In this document: positions 63,661 to 64,000 of the stretch, in pieces
How positions within the stretch are numbered: the stretch's first letter is position 1
Layout: every line of letters starts with the position of its first letter
Assembly (NCBI RefSeq): GCF_004010195.1
Contig: NC_057757.1
Coordinates: forward strand, 6,712,985 to 6,776,984
Length of the DNA: 64,000 nt
Source: Chiloscyllium plagiosum
Taxonomy: Eukaryota
Reading direction: 5' to 3'
Made by a program: the position numbers and the translations under genes
The notes under the pieces: model-generated
What the model saw: the letters and a program-made list of their open reading frames with translations, nothing else
Database searches by the model: none
Told to the model about the DNA's origin: nothing

Positions 63661-64000
63661 GACCATAGCAACACGACAGCTGGAGGAACACAGCCTCCTG
63701 GACTTCTGTGCTGCAGAAAACGTCGATCCCTGTGATCCCCGGACTACAATTCCATTGCTTTTAGTTTCTCCCACTTGATTGGTTTGCTGTTCCTCTGGTA
63801 TCACAGTCAAGTCTCTCTTGCCAAAGAATGAGGCTCCTGTACTCCGGCTGTCTGGGTCCCTGTTTATACCTCACTCGTAATCATATTCTCCTGTCTCTGA
63901 GCACTGACCAATATCAGACAATCCAATCCTTTAATTTTTGACGTCCTCCTAGTGCAAATTATCCAACGACTCTTCCCCGAGCCAAGGGAGTGTGTATTTT

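Noticed and set aside
61880..63674. Long ORFs of 117-239 aa
   Set aside because: Artefacts of translating through N gaps.

Overview
Vertebrate genomic DNA, almost certainly a cartilaginous fish (inferred from HE1-type SINEs, HER1/CR1 LINEs, Penelope and Tx1-like relics). Most of the window is transposon debris, and nearly all short ORFs in the six-frame track are pieces of those relics or chance ORFs. By hand I reconstructed one minus-strand, multi-exon protein-coding gene (ATG at 54756 to stop at 11234). It has 9 phase-consistent GT-AG coding exons totalling 1722 nt (about 573 aa, Lys-rich and largely low-complexity), and I do not recognise the family. Its terminal exon is compositionally distinct and loosely resembles the C-terminal part of Harbinger-derived Myb/SANT-like proteins (inference only). 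The introns and flanks also hold: many short, often palindromic Penelope-end insertions carrying minimal hammerhead-ribozyme cores and clear TSDs; a 225-280 bp solo-LTR-like family with CCAAT/TATA/AATAAA; a short tRNA-like monomer repeat in a local tandem cluster; a pogo/Tigger-type MITE; several nested insertion stacks; and two assembly gaps. No prokaryotic-type systems (CRISPR, operons) are present. Repeat boundaries are approximate unless a TSD is quoted.
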